DNA of 64,000 nt from Nostoc sp. (GCA_036918135.1 JBALDB010000056.1:352001-416000); one strand, 5' to 3'; counted from the first letter of the stretch, positions 1-11,478 are shown. The notes: a model not told the origin generated them from the sequence alone. Program-made: numbers and translations.

Positions 1-346
1 GGCGGAGCTTGCCTTTTGGCAGCAGCAAGAATGGCGACAAAAATTGCAACAAGTAACTCCAGGTTGTCTACTGGTAGTTGGTTATGCTCCCTCGGTGCTT
101 CTAGAAATTTCTTTGGCGATCGCTAATCAAAAAATTCAGCCTGCACTTGTAATTGCAATGCCCATTGGCTTTAGCCACGCTCCGGCCGCTAAGCGACAAT
201 TGATGCAACAACGAATACCTTTTATTACAGTTGAAGGAACTTTGGGAGGTGGCGCTTTAGCTGCAACTGCCCTGAATGCTTTGGTAGAATCACTAATTGA
301 TAAACCACATTGTCATTGTTATCTCAATCAAACTAATACCAATTAA
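1..346 (+). CDS. Precorrin-8X methylmutase (CobH/CbiC)-like protein, 3' part, divergent
   Basis: Frame is open from the window edge (AELAFWQQQEW...). PALVIAMPIGF and IPFITVEGTLGGGALAATALNAL resemble the CobH C-terminus. Confidence 0.7.
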   Translation, partial: AELAFWQQQEWRQKLQQVTPGCLLVVGYAPSVLLEISLAIANQKIQPALVIAMPIGFSHAPAAKRQLMQQRIPFITVEGTLGGGALAATALNALVESLIDKPHCHCYLNQTNTN

Positions 347-402
347 AAAAAGAATGCAACAGTTATAAAACTGGAAATCAAAATAGAGTCTGACTTCCTT
401 AA

Positions 403-2031
403 TTACGATTGTTTTGCATACAGAACATAGGATTTGTTACGGTAAGCAACTGGCAGATCCAGTCGATGTTGAATGTGAGTTACAAAATAGGAAGCGTGAT
501 ATTTCTCCAGCAGTGCCTTAGCCCGATCGGTTGTCAAGTTGTTGTAGCCCTCTGTAAGTAGTTTTTCACTAAACTGAGTCAATGGATCGACCCCGTTAAA
601 ATTACCACTCAAGTCACGCATACGTGAAAACCACTCTAATGTTGCCGCTTTAGTCTGAGCCATTAACTTATACTTGGCAATGGTTGGACGCTCTGTCAGC
701 CAGATGAAGTTGCTATGTTCGATCGGTGGAGATACGAATGTGGCATTTTTTGGCGTATTTTTTCGTATCCAAGCAGCCATATCTTTCCACTGAGGGTCTA
801 CCTCCTGCACTTCGTCAGGAAAATTAAGTGTAGACTGAAAATCTTTCTCAAAGTTAGGAAATGCCTTGACAATGCTTATACTCACTAGCAAACTACATAT
901 CAGTATCAGCACTCTTTGTTGTTTTCTACTTGTGAAGATTCGATCCAAAGCACAGACAAACAACAGGCAGGCGTTGAGGTGCAACATTACATCGCCCACA
1001 CGGAAAAGATAATACTGTAGCAAGGTTCCTTGAGAGTCGAATGGAGCGATAATTACTCCCAGTAAAAATGGGACTAGACTGATTAGTGTAAACTCAAACA
1101 GCCCTCTACGAGCTTCGTATTCTTCAAACTGTTCGGGTAGCGCTTGAGTGGGACGATTAAACCAAAGGATGCCAGCACTGCCCACAAGCATCATAAGGTA
1201 AAATATCGGAACTATCCACCAATATGCAGGCCAGGACAAGGGATTCAGGTGGTAAGGCATCCTGAGAAAGACATATATATATGTAGGCGAAATCGGGCTT
1301 GCAGGAGTTGAACTCGACAATTCTGTGAGTACCGCTTTTAGACCGAATACACTTCCTAGCAGGTATAGCGGAACAATAAACCCAAGCTCCCACATACTAG
1401 GAAAATGGGTTTTTCGTTTTAAAATCAGCCAAGCTGCAACAAATAAAGTTGTATAACCACCTACCAGAACATGGAATGAAGTTGCTAGCCCTAACAGAAA
1501 AGCCATCAGGCGATAACGTTTCCTCAGCATGAAGGCGATCGCAAATAAAACCATAGCATAAGCAAATATCTTCGTTTCTAGTACTCCTACGATCCTTTCC
1601 CCAGCTGCAACACCTTGTTTATCAAAGAGAAACATTGCAACTGCCAACATTAATAAAGACAAATTCAATCCCAGTATTCGCCCTATGAGTACTAGTGCCC
1701 AAGCTATCAGCGTGTAGCAAAATAACCGCCCAATTATCGAACTAGCTAGAAATCCCCAAGTTGCTATGAACGAGCCAAATAAAGTTTGAAACAATACTCG
1801 GTAAACAGGTGGTTGATTAACAGACCAATCTCCTGGAACCCAGTTATGGTCAGCAAACTGCCTTGCTAAAGGCAGAGCGTCAATATCATTTCTTGCCATG
1901 ATATCAAACAATAATTCCTTGACACATAGCAGTAGCAAAACTGTGATGATTTCTAATATTATCCAACTCGTAGTTGTCAGAGTTATTTTATGATGTATAT
2001 TTTTTTGCTTTATAACTAGCGATTTCAACAT
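403..2031 (-). CDS. Polytopic membrane protein, DUF6798-like (possible GT-C-type glycosyltransferase)
   Basis: 542 aa with many hydrophobic segments, SFHVLVG and RMPYHL motifs, and a soluble C-terminal domain (WIRKNTPKNATF). Confidence 0.55.
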   Translation of the reverse strand: MLKSLVIKQKNIHHKITLTTTSWIILEIITVLLLLCVKELLFDIMARNDIDALPLARQFADHNWVPGDWSVNQPPVYRVLFQTLFGSFIATWGFLASSIIGRLFCYTLIAWALVLIGRILGLNLSLLMLAVAMFLFDKQGVAAGERIVGVLETKIFAYAMVLFAIAFMLRKRYRLMAFLLGLATSFHVLVGGYTTLFVAAWLILKRKTHFPSMWELGFIVPLYLLGSVFGLKAVLTELSSSTPASPISPTYIYVFLRMPYHLNPLSWPAYWWIVPIFYLMMLVGSAGILWFNRPTQALPEQFEEYEARRGLFEFTLISLVPFLLGVIIAPFDSQGTLLQYYLFRVGDVMLHLNACLLFVCALDRIFTSRKQQRVLILICSLLVSISIVKAFPNFEKDFQSTLNFPDEVQEVDPQWKDMAAWIRKNTPKNATFVSPPIEHSNFIWLTERPTIAKYKLMAQTKAATLEWFSRMRDLSGNFNGVDPLTQFSEKLLTEGYNNLTTDRAKALLEKYHASYFVTHIQHRLDLPVAYRNKSYVLYAKQS

Positions 2032-2399
2032 AAAAAAATGTAAATACTATAACTTCTATAGTATTTAATTTTTAATTTAAATATTACACTATACAGTAGA
2101 TTTACTAAGTGTTTATACTAGCTTGATTATTTAGCTAATTTTCCCAGCTTGGCTATCATCGAACAAGATTTAATTACAGTATAAAAAATAACTATTATCG
2201 AGAATTTTTACCCAATTAAATTCTCACTAGCAAAATAGAAATAGTTGAAATCAGGCGAAGTATATATTGACACAAATATTTACAATAAATGATAAGAAAT
2301 ATAACAGAGATGTATAATTAGCGCGTCTCCTGCATAATCCATAAAAAGATTGTGATTAAAGCTGGCAGGCTTTCTATTTTTTAGTTTAATAACGGACAT

Positions 2400-5300
2400 A
2401 TGTGGCAACAAGAAAAAAAAGATACTTTGATAGTCAAGCTGGTATTATGGGTTGCCTTAGCTACAACCCCAATGGCAGCAACTGTGGTAGTTTCAGCACC
2501 GATGCTGCTGGCGCAATCTGCACCCCAAACTCCGTCTTTCCCATTGCCGCAAACAGTGGAAAATGGAACGACAGTGCGAATTGATGGTTCGAGTAGCTTA
2601 ACTGTAATTAACCAAGGACTTAAAGACAGTTTTGAAAAACAGTTTTCGGGCACAAAGGTTGAAATTGCTGCTAATGGCGTCGAGCGGGCGCTGAGAGATT
2701 TGCTAGATGGCAAAATCGATATAGCAGCAATGGGTCGTGGTTTAACGCCAGCAGAAAAAGCACTAGGACTCGAACAAGTCCGCTTGCGCCGTGAAAAAAT
2801 TGCGATCGTGGTTGGTGCAGAGAATCCTTTCAAGCAAAGTTTGACTAGTAAGCAATTCGCCCGAATATTCCGGGGACAAATTACAAATTGGTCGCAATTG
2901 GGCGGCCCTAACGCTAAGATTCGGGTAATCGATCGCCCGCAAACGAGCGATACTCGCGATACTTTTCGTGATTATCCGGCCTTCAAAGCTGCTAAATTTG
3001 CTACAGGCTCGACTGCGATTCAACTAACTCAGGACAACACCGCCGAAATCGTCAAAGACCTGGGCAAAGACGGCATCAGCTATGTGCTAGCTAATCAAGT
3101 GTCGAAGTTACAGGGTGTGCGAGTTCTGCAATTACATCAAACCTTGCCAGACGATGCCAAATATCCCTTTTCGCAACCATTAGTTTACGTTTACAAAAAA
3201 AATCCCAGCTTAGGTACAGCAGCTTTTCTCGGTTTTACCCTTGCACCAGTAGGACAGCAGGCTATAGAGCAAGCTAGAGTCACTGAAGCTGAGGCTGTAG
3301 CAGCCAGCGTATCACAATCAGCTCTTACAGCCTCCCCCAGCAAAGGAACGACATCGGCTGCTACACCTTCTCCCAGTGCAACTACTTCTGTATTTGGCGA
3401 ACAGCCGTTTGTGGCTCCTGCAAAACCACAAACAACTCCAATTGTCAATAGGGAAACACCATTTTGGTTGCTCTTACCTTTGTTCGTCACTGCTGTAGGC
3501 GGAATCTTACTTTGGTGGTTTTTAGGCAGACGACCATCCTTGCCACAGAAAGCAAATAACTTACCACAACCAAATCCTTATCCACCCAGCACAGACGATC
3601 TAGAAACTACGAGCAATCCTAGTACTAACCTTGAGTTGCCAGAACCGGAAACTCCCGATCGCACTCCTTTTCAAATTTATGGTCAATCATCTAACTTCAC
3701 AGAGAATGGTACTCTAAAAGAGCCAACTAATGGCACAAGCTCAAGCGTAGCTCATGGCTCAGAGAATAACTTGGGAGCCGCAGCTTTAATGGGTGGTGCT
3801 GCTCTAGCAACAGGAATAGGGACAGCTACTTGGTCTACCTTTGCTGACAAAGAAATAGACCCAGAAGATGATACGATTGAAATAGATAATAATACTGAAA
3901 AAACTCATCCAGAGTCCAGTGAAGTAGCATGGGATATAGAAGCTCCAGCGGCTGTTGTAAATACTCCATATCCTCAATTAGGTAATATTCCAGAAGAAAC
4001 ATCTGATAGAGAATTGCCTTTATCTGAAGAGATAACCCCACTGCCTGAATTACCAGATGTGCCAAAAGCGACTTCTAATTTTGACTATTGGGACACAGAA
4101 CTTACCGAAGATGTGACGCCAGAAGAACTCCAGGCAGAATTAGAATGGCTAGAAAGTATCACCTCAACTGAAGATACAGTCTTATCAGAATCCGGCAACG
4201 TAGTAGCGGATGAAATGCCTGAGGCAGAAACAGCATCACTACTCGAATTGCCAGAATTGCCAGAAGATGCCTTGAATGTAGTAGCAGATGCAGCCGAACC
4301 CCCTATAGATTTGCTAGAGTCAGAATCCCTAACTGGTGCTGCTGCTGTGGCAGCCGGAGCAGGAATTGGAGCTTGGGCTAGTACAGTTGACAATGTACCG
4401 ATAGCAGCCGAAACAGCTAATGGTTTAGTGAATGCAGAAGAACACAGCACAATTGTGCTGACACCGCGCACTCAGACATCGGCTGATATCTCTTGGGAGA
4501 TTTCCGAAAGCCAAAAGTCAGCACTGCGAAAACAAGGTGTTTCTCAATTGCTAGTGCGGTTGTATGATGTGACTGGCATTGACCTGAGTTATCAAACTCC
4601 CCGACTTGTAGAGCAGTACGAAAGTGAAGAATTACTCACTAAGAGCGTAAATATTCCGGCAAGCGATCGCGACTATATAGCCGAAATTGGTTATCTTGCT
4701 GAAGGCGAACGCTGGTTTCCCATAGCCGATTCAGCAATTGTGCGCTTCTTCAGTCCTCCTAAGCCAGATCCGGTTGTGGAAGATTTACCCATCAGCCAAA
4801 CAGCTCATACAGAAGAACACAGCACGATTGTGCTGACACCGCGCACTCAGACATCAGCTGATATCTCTTGGGAGATTTCCGAAAGCCAAAAGTCAGCACT
4901 GCGACAACAAGGCGTTTCTCAATTGTTAGTGCGGCTGTATGATGTGACTGGCATTGACTTGAGTTATCAAACCCCCCGACTTGTACAAGAGTACGAAAGT
5001 GAAGAATTACTCAATAAGAGCGTAGATATTCCAGCAAGCGATCGCGACTACATAGCCGAAATTGGTTATCTTGCTGAAGACGAACGCTGGTTTCCGATAG
5101 CCCATTCGGCAATTGTGCGCTTCTTCAGTCCTCCCAAGCCAGATCCGGTTGTGGAAGATTTACCCATCAGCCAAACAACTCATACAGAAGAACACAGCAC
5201 GATTGTGCTGACACCGCGCAGTTATAAATCGGCTAATATCTTTTGGGAGATTTCCGAAACCCAAATGTCAGCGTTGCGACAACAAGGCGTTTCTCAATTG

Positions 5301-6506
5301 TTAGTGCGGCTGTATGATGTGACTGGCATTGACTTGAGTTATCAAACTCCCCAGGTTGTAGAGCAGTACGAAAGTGAAGAATTACTCACTAAGAGCCTAG
5401 ATATTCCGGCAAGCGATCGCGATTATATAGCTGAAATTGGTTATCTTGCTGAAGGCGAACGCTGGTTTACCATAGCGCGTTCAGCAATTGTGCGTGTTTT
5501 CAGCCCTGTGGGTCAAGATCCAATTGCAGAAGATACTAAAAACTTGGGCGATGCAGAAGAACACAGCACGATTGTGCTAACACAGCGCACTCAGGCATGG
5601 GTTGATATCTCTTGGGAGATTTCCGAAACCAAAAAATCAGCACTGCAAGAACAAGGCGTCTCTCAATTGTTAGTGCGGTTGTATGATGTAACAGGCATTG
5701 ACCTGAGTTATCAAACTCCCCGGCTTCTAGAGCAGTACGAGAGTGAAGAATTACTTAATAAGAGCCTAGATATTCCGGCAAGCGATCGCGACTATATAGC
5801 TGAAATTGGCTATATTGCTAAAGGCGAACGCTGGCTTGCCATAGCGCGTTCAGCAATTGTGCGTATTTTCAATCCGATCGAGCCAGATCCACTCCCAGAA
5901 GATTTAGCCGCAGTCAGCCAAACAGATAATGGCTTAGTAGATGCAGAACCAGAAAGCGGTATTGTGCTTACACCCCGCACTCCCAAATGGGCTTATGTCT
6001 CCTGGTACATTTCCCCAAATCAAAAGCAAATGTTGCGACAACAAGGTGCTTCTCACTTAGCGGTACGAGTGTATGATGTTACACAAATCGACCTGAGTTA
6101 TCAAACTCCCCAGCTTGTACAGCAGTATGAATGTGAAGAAGTAGCAAGCGATCGCTTTGTGGCAATTCCCGTGAGCGATCGTGATTATATGGCTGAAATT
6201 GGCTATGTTGCAGATGGCGATCGTTGGTTACCCATAGCGCGCTCAGCTAATATTCGTGTCTTTAGTCGTCCTCACGGAGATTTTTGGTTTGTTGCAGATA
6301 CTGAGTTGATTATTCACGGAGCTACCGAACCAAATACAACCGTAGCCATTGGTGGTAATACTATCAAAATCAAACCCGATGGTACCTTCCACTTACGTCT
6401 TCCCTTTTCAGATGGTTTAATGGACTATCTGATCGCGGTAGCTGCTGATGGGAAATCCACAAAAACTATTCATAAAAAGTTCTCTCAGGAAACTTCCGAA
6501 AGCTAG
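2400..6506 (+). CDS. PstS-like substrate-binding domain + TM helix + acidic linker + five DUF4912-like repeats
   Basis: Signal peptide, VRIDGSSSL and KYPFSQPLVYVY (PBP-like), TM FWLLLPLFVTAVGGILLWWFL, and five copies of RLYDVTGIDLSYQTP...DRDYIAEIGY. Confidence 0.8.
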   Translation: MWQQEKKDTLIVKLVLWVALATTPMAATVVVSAPMLLAQSAPQTPSFPLPQTVENGTTVRIDGSSSLTVINQGLKDSFEKQFSGTKVEIAANGVERALRDLLDGKIDIAAMGRGLTPAEKALGLEQVRLRREKIAIVVGAENPFKQSLTSKQFARIFRGQITNWSQLGGPNAKIRVIDRPQTSDTRDTFRDYPAFKAAKFATGSTAIQLTQDNTAEIVKDLGKDGISYVLANQVSKLQGVRVLQLHQTLPDDAKYPFSQPLVYVYKKNPSLGTAAFLGFTLAPVGQQAIEQARVTEAEAVAASVSQSALTASPSKGTTSAATPSPSATTSVFGEQPFVAPAKPQTTPIVNRETPFWLLLPLFVTAVGGILLWWFLGRRPSLPQKANNLPQPNPYPPSTDDLETTSNPSTNLELPEPETPDRTPFQIYGQSSNFTENGTLKEPTNGTSSSVAHGSENNLGAAALMGGAALATGIGTATWSTFADKEIDPEDDTIEIDNNTEKTHPESSEVAWDIEAPAAVVNTPYPQLGNIPEETSDRELPLSEEITPLPELPDVPKATSNFDYWDTELTEDVTPEELQAELEWLESITSTEDTVLSESGNVVADEMPEAETASLLELPELPEDALNVVADAAEPPIDLLESESLTGAAAVAAGAGIGAWASTVDNVPIAAETANGLVNAEEHSTIVLTPRTQTSADISWEISESQKSALRKQGVSQLLVRLYDVTGIDLSYQTPRLVEQYESEELLTKSVNIPASDRDYIAEIGYLAEGERWFPIADSAIVRFFSPPKPDPVVEDLPISQTAHTEEHSTIVLTPRTQTSADISWEISESQKSALRQQGVSQLLVRLYDVTGIDLSYQTPRLVQEYESEELLNKSVDIPASDRDYIAEIGYLAEDERWFPIAHSAIVRFFSPPKPDPVVEDLPISQTTHTEEHSTIVLTPRSYKSANIFWEISETQMSALRQQGVSQLLVRLYDVTGIDLSYQTPQVVEQYESEELLTKSLDIPASDRDYIAEIGYLAEGERWFTIARSAIVRVFSPVGQDPIAEDTKNLGDAEEHSTIVLTQRTQAWVDISWEISETKKSALQEQGVSQLLVRLYDVTGIDLSYQTPRLLEQYESEELLNKSLDIPASDRDYIAEIGYIAKGERWLAIARSAIVRIFNPIEPDPLPEDLAAVSQTDNGLVDAEPESGIVLTPRTPKWAYVSWYISPNQKQMLRQQGASHLAVRVYDVTQIDLSYQTPQLVQQYECEEVASDRFVAIPVSDRDYMAEIGYVADGDRWLPIARSANIRVFSRPHGDFWFVADTELIIHGATEPNTTVAIGGNTIKIKPDGTFHLRLPFSDGLMDYLIAVAADGKSTKTIHKKFSQETSES
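4437..6270 (+). repeat. Intragenic tandem repeat of five ~370-390 nt units
   Basis: Units start near 4437, 4812, 5187, 5556 and 5946. The first three have an exact 375 nt period and are nearly identical. Confidence 0.9.
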
Positions 6507-6726
6507 CAATTACCGTGAGCTATCCCTGTGGGAATTCCCCTGAGTTTTTTAGACTTGAAGGGGATTTTATAGCAGCCATCACTTCCTTGCCCTACAGTCA
6601 TCGCCCCAAAGAGCATTTGCTCCCCTCAGAACTCGCTCTGAGGGTTGGGGGTATGCTTGAAGCATATTTCATTGGACGCTCAAGAGTAAGAGTTGAGAAA
6701 AGTTGATTATTGAATTTCATCTTCTA

Positions 6727-6859
6727 AGGGACTTCCAGAAAATAAATTATCCGATTTCACGTCCATCAAAACGACTTTCTCTCCCCCTGCTCCCCTGGCC
6801 TCAAAGCGTTCGCGTAGCGTCCCGCAGGGATGGAATATTTTTTTAATTTGGAAGTCCCT
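6727..6859. mobile_element. MITE-like element with terminal inverted repeats
   Basis: agggacttcca ... tggaagtccct with TA at both ends. A related left end occurs at ~44653 (taagggaactccaagaaataaattattcc). It contains cgttcgcgtagcgtcccgcaggga, which recurs at ~27747. Confidence 0.6.
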
Positions 6860-7019
6860 AATTCAGCAACGCTGCTTTTTTAGCCCGTCTATATATCTAT
6901 GAGTTATATAATTTTGGTGGTACAAAAGCTGTGTAGCAATTAAGTATCAAAATATACGTATTTTGTGTTGCTATGCACTTGTCTTGATGAATATTGTGTA
7001 TTCTTAGTTTATTAAGTAG

Positions 7020-9203
7020 ATGATTCAAGCCAAAAACATTACTCAATCTGCACATTTGACGTTTTTATTAGAAGTTGGTACAGAAGAACTACCTGCAAGC
7101 TTTCTCAGTAATGCTTTAGTGCAATGGCAAGACCGTATTCCTCAAAGTTTGACAGCAAACAGCCTCAAGGGCGATGTCGAAGTGTTCGGTACTCCTCGGC
7201 GTTTGGCGGTATTGATTAAAGGTCTACCATCCCAGCAACCAAACCGGGAAGAAGAAATTAAAGGGCCTCCTGCTAGTGCTGCTTTTAAAGATGGTCAGCC
7301 GACACCAGCAGCAGTAGGCTTTGCCAAAAAGCAAGGTGTGGAAGTCGAGGCGCTCTCCGTTCGCCCGACTGATAAAGGGGATTTTGTGTTTGTACAAAAA
7401 AGAATTCCCGGTCGTCCTGTGGCAGAAATTCTGACAGAACTTGTTCCCCAGTGGATTTGGGGTTTGGAAGGTAAGCGGTTGATGCGTTGGGGTGATGGAG
7501 ATGCGAGGTTTTCCCGACCAATTCGCTGGTTGATAGCTTTGCTAGATGATACGGTGCTGCCTTTAGAATTGGTGAATGGTTCTAAAACGATTTACAGCGA
7601 TCGCCTGACCCAAGGTCATCGCGTCTTACATCCTGAAGCTGTGACAATTGCCCAAGCTGCGGATTATCTTACCACCCTTAAAGAAGCCTACGTTACCGTT
7701 GACCCAGAAGAACGGGCAAATTTAATCACAGAGCAAGTAAATACAGCAGCCGAAAAGTTAGGTGGATATATAATAATTTACCCCGATTTGTTAGAGGAAG
7801 TAACCAACTTAGTAGAATATCCTTCCGCAGTCGTCGGGAAATTTGAACCAGAATTTTTGGAATTACCAACTGAGGTAGTTACAGAAGTTATGGTAACTCA
7901 TCAACGTTATTTTCCTATATTCAAATCAGGTACTGTCCAACAAGAATTACTGCCGAATTTCATCACCATTTCTAACGCCGATCCCCAAAAATCAGATATT
8001 GTTGCCGTAGGTAATGAGCGGGTAATTCGTGCCAGATTAGCTGATGGCAGATTTTTCTACGAAACTGATTTAACCAAGCCTTTGGAAAGCTTTTTACCCA
8101 AATTAGAAACAGTCACTTTTCAAGAAGAATTGGGTTCTTTACGAGTCAAAGTAGATAGAGTAGTAAAAATTGCCGAGCAAATAACTAACCAATTAAGATT
8201 AGGAGCAAATCAAAGCGAAAAAATCCACCGTGCTGCTTTATTATGCAAAGCAGATTTGGTCACCCAAATGGTATTTGAATTTCCAGAATTGCAAGGCATC
8301 ATGGGAGAAAAATATGCTTTAGCTAGTGGTGAAGATAGCGAAGTAGCAAAGGCAATTTTTCAACATTACTTACCAACAGGAGCCGATGACATTTTACCGG
8401 AAACACTTACAGGTCAAATTGTCGGTTTAGCAGATAGATTAGATACTTTAGTGAGTATCTTTGGTTTAGGTTTAATTCCTTCTGGGTCTTCCGATCCCTT
8501 TGCTTTACGCCGTGCTGCCAATGCAGTGGTAAAAATTACCTGGTTTGCTAATTTAGCAATAAATTTAGATGACTTACTTTTGCAAATAGCAACAGACTTT
8601 ACAGCCAAATATCACAAAGATTTGACATCATTAACCGCAGCCTTACAAGAATTTTTCTTACAACGTATTCGTACTTTATTGCAAGAAGAAAAACAGATAG
8701 ATTATGACTTAGTAAATGCAGTTTTAGGAGAAAACGATCCAGAATATACCGAACGGGCATTAAAGGATTTGTTAGATGTCCGCGATCGCGCCTTATATCT
8801 GCAAGAAATTCGTAACAACGGTACTTTAAATAGCATCTACGAAACCGTTAACCGTTCCACACGCTTAGCCTCGTCCGGTGATTTGGATTCCATACAGCTG
8901 CAACCAACAGCTGTAATCCAAAAAGAACTATTCCAAAAGCCTTCTGAGGTACTTTTATATAATGCCTTAGTAGATTTAGTACCAGAAACTCAAGCCGCAC
9001 AACAGACAAGAAATTACCAACTATTAGTAGCAGCCCTAGCAAAAATTGCTCCGACAGTTAGTAACTTTTTTGATGGCGCGGATAGCGTTTTAGTAATGGA
9101 TCCCGATCCAGAAATCAAGCGTAATCGATTACATCTGCTGGGATTAGTTCGCAATCATGCCCGGGTTTTAGCTGATTTCGGGGCAATTGTCAAAAATCTG
9201 TAG
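7020..9203 (+). CDS. glyS: Glycine--tRNA ligase beta subunit
   Basis: [29 protein letters not shown] and [10 protein letters not shown] motifs. Confidence 0.97.
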   Translation: MIQAKNITQSAHLTFLLEVGTEELPASFLSNALVQWQDRIPQSLTANSLKGDVEVFGTPRRLAVLIKGLPSQQPNREEEIKGPPASAAFKDGQPTPAAVGFAKKQGVEVEALSVRPTDKGDFVFVQKRIPGRPVAEILTELVPQWIWGLEGKRLMRWGDGDARFSRPIRWLIALLDDTVLPLELVNGSKTIYSDRLTQGHRVLHPEAVTIAQAADYLTTLKEAYVTVDPEERANLITEQVNTAAEKLGGYIIIYPDLLEEVTNLVEYPSAVVGKFEPEFLELPTEVVTEVMVTHQRYFPIFKSGTVQQELLPNFITISNADPQKSDIVAVGNERVIRARLADGRFFYETDLTKPLESFLPKLETVTFQEELGSLRVKVDRVVKIAEQITNQLRLGANQSEKIHRAALLCKADLVTQMVFEFPELQGIMGEKYALASGEDSEVAKAIFQHYLPTGADDILPETLTGQIVGLADRLDTLVSIFGLGLIPSGSSDPFALRRAANAVVKITWFANLAINLDDLLLQIATDFTAKYHKDLTSLTAALQEFFLQRIRTLLQEEKQIDYDLVNAVLGENDPEYTERALKDLLDVRDRALYLQEIRNNGTLNSIYETVNRSTRLASSGDLDSIQLQPTAVIQKELFQKPSEVLLYNALVDLVPETQAAQQTRNYQLLVAALAKIAPTVSNFFDGADSVLVMDPDPEIKRNRLHLLGLVRNHARVLADFGAIVKNL

Positions 9204-9286
9204 CGTAGATCTACAAAAAGTTGTGTAATTTTTGCCAATAAACGTTAGTATAGGGAGTGCTTAACCAGGGACCTCTGCTGCAATCT

Positions 9287-11011
9287 ATGTCCAAAGCTCA
9301 TGTAATTGGATTGGGAAAGTCCGGTGTTGCTGCGGCGAGATTGTTGAAACGGGAAGGTTGGGAGGTGGAGCTAAGCGATTCCGCTAGCGCCAAGACCTTA
9401 GCTGAACGCAACACCTCCGAAACCCTCCTCCAACAACAAGAACTCGCTGCCGAACAAATAATCATTAAACTAGGTCAATCCCCAGAATTGAATGGTGCTA
9501 ATTTACCGGAATTAATAGTCGTCAGTCCGGGCGTGCCTTGGGACATTCCTGTATTAAATCAGGCACGCCAATTAGGTATTGAAACTATCGGGGAAATGGA
9601 ACTCGCTTGGCGACATTTGCGTAGGCCCAGCCCGCCGCAGGCATCGCTACCTTGGGTAGGAATTACCGGCACTAACGGCAAAACTACTACCACAGCTTTA
9701 ATTGCTGCGATTTTCCAAGCAGCAGGCTTGAATGCACCCGCTTGCGGTAACATCGGTTACGCCGCCTGCGAAGTGGCTCTGTCTTGGAACGGACACAGCG
9801 ACACAGAGAATTCTTTCCCTGCGTCACCCTACCCCTCAGGAACGCTGAGAGCGAACGGGTTTGACAATGATGCTCCTTTGTCGCTAACGCAACCGACACA
9901 AACCAAAGCCACTGCGGTGGACGAATCTCTTGGTATAAAGCAAGTGGCGTCTAAGACTGCGACTGCTTCAGTGCGTCTCCCAGTCTTTGCGTCTGCTTCT
10001 TTGCCCGCGTTAGATCCTCTCCCAGTCTTTGCGTCTTCTTCACTTGATTGGATAATTGCCGAAATTAGCAGCTATCAAATAGAATCATCAACGTCTCTTG
10101 CACCTCGCATCGGTGTTTGGACGACTTTCACACCGGATCATCTGGCACGGCATAAAACTTTAGAGAATTATTACAACATCAAAGCTAAGTTATTGCGCCA
10201 GTCTGAGTTACAAGTATTTAATGGCGATGATGCTTATTTAAGCAAGTTAGGTTTGAGTGCTTGGCCGAATGCTTATTGGACAAGTGTTAAAGGAAAAGAT
10301 TTTCTGATTAGCGAACAAGGCTTTTACATTGAAGACGGCTGGGTTGTAGAAAAATTAACTGCTACCTCTGCACCAGAACGGATTGTGAAAGTATCTGCTT
10401 TGCGGATGGTGGGAGAACATAACCAGCAAAATCTATTGATGGCAGTAGCAGTAGCGCGGTTAGCGGGAATTAATTGTGAGGCGATCGCTCGTGCAATCAG
10501 TGAATTTCCTGGAGTTGCCCATCGTTTAGAATATATCTGCACTTGGGAAGGCATTGATTTTATTAACGATAGCAAAGCCACCAATTACGATGCTGCGGAA
10601 GTTGGCTTAACATCGGTGAATAGTCCAGCGATTTTAATTGCTGGTGGAGAAGCGAAAGCAGGTGATGATACTGCTTGGCTTGCACAAATTCAAAGCAAAG
10701 CTGCTGCTGTATTATTAATCGGCTCTGCTGCACCTGCATTTGCCCAACGCCTACAAGAGGTAAGCTATTGTACTTACGAAATTGTGGAGACTATGGAAAG
10801 GGCAATTCCCAGATCTGCGGAATTAGCCATGCAATATCAAGCATCTGTAGTGTTGCTATCTCCTGCTTGCGCGAGTTTCGACCAGTACCCGAATTTTGAG
10901 GTGCGGGGCGACCATTTCCGCCAGCTGTGCCTTGCTTGGGTGGAAAACTCCAAACCCAGTAAACTAGAACTTCCAAACATAGAAAATTCTACTCAACGGT
11001 TTATACTTTAA
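9287..11011 (+). CDS. murD: UDP-N-acetylmuramoyl-L-alanine--D-glutamate ligase, with repeat-derived in-frame insertions
   Basis: [31 protein letters not shown] and [12 protein letters not shown] motifs. ATG at 9287 preferred as start. Confidence 0.96.
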   Translation: MSKAHVIGLGKSGVAAARLLKREGWEVELSDSASAKTLAERNTSETLLQQQELAAEQIIIKLGQSPELNGANLPELIVVSPGVPWDIPVLNQARQLGIETIGEMELAWRHLRRPSPPQASLPWVGITGTNGKTTTTALIAAIFQAAGLNAPACGNIGYAACEVALSWNGHSDTENSFPASPYPSGTLRANGFDNDAPLSLTQPTQTKATAVDESLGIKQVASKTATASVRLPVFASASLPALDPLPVFASSSLDWIIAEISSYQIESSTSLAPRIGVWTTFTPDHLARHKTLENYYNIKAKLLRQSELQVFNGDDAYLSKLGLSAWPNAYWTSVKGKDFLISEQGFYIEDGWVVEKLTATSAPERIVKVSALRMVGEHNQQNLLMAVAVARLAGINCEAIARAISEFPGVAHRLEYICTWEGIDFINDSKATNYDAAEVGLTSVNSPAILIAGGEAKAGDDTAWLAQIQSKAAAVLLIGSAAPAFAQRLQEVSYCTYEIVETMERAIPRSAELAMQYQASVVLLSPACASFDQYPNFEVRGDHFRQLCLAWVENSKPSKLELPNIENSTQRFIL

Positions 11012-11175
11012 GTAGTTTTTGAGGCTGATATTATAGCAGAAGGCAGGGGGTAAAACTATTACTGTTGCTAGCGTTCATGCTTATCATTATGTCCTAAAGG
11101 GTGTGACTACGGCTATAAGTTATATCACGCTTACATCTGACAAAAAATTCTTTTCGAGTTTCTCTGATTTTTGCT

Positions 11176-11478
11176 CTATTTTGGCGAATTTTCTAGCTTA
11201 TTTGGATTCACCCAACGATTCACAAATTCGTTTTTGTTTTTGTGTATCTTGATTTGCACTTCCTTAGAACCTAATTTGATGATTTCTGCGGGAATTCTCT
11301 GGATATTAGTAGAATCACCACGAACTTTATAAAGCCAAATGACTTTTTGACCTACTTCAAAATAGTCAGAATTGCTAGTTAAGGAAGGTGTTGTTTTTGC
11401 CCAAGTGGGAGAAGCAATTACTAAGTTGAACACAATTAGTAATAACACTATAGTAATTTGGAAGAATTTTATGTCCAT
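11176..11478 (-). CDS. Small secreted hypothetical protein
   Basis: Signal peptide ending ASPTWA, then a short beta-rich domain (FEVGQKVIW...RWVNPNKLE). Confidence 0.6.
   Translation of the reverse strand: MDIKFFQITIVLLLIVFNLVIASPTWAKTTPSLTSNSDYFEVGQKVIWLYKVRGDSTNIQRIPAEIIKLGSKEVQIKIHKNKNEFVNRWVNPNKLENSPK

Noticed and set aside
4437..6270. Long direct repeats as a CRISPR array or mobile element
   Set aside because: The units are ~375 nt in-frame protein domains with no spacers.
6515..6706. 63 aa ORF after the DUF4912 gene
   Set aside because: GTG start and no recognisable motif; unsupported.
9784..10044. Intein or intron in murD
   Set aside because: No terminal His-Asn or splicing motifs; the composition matches dispersed repeats.
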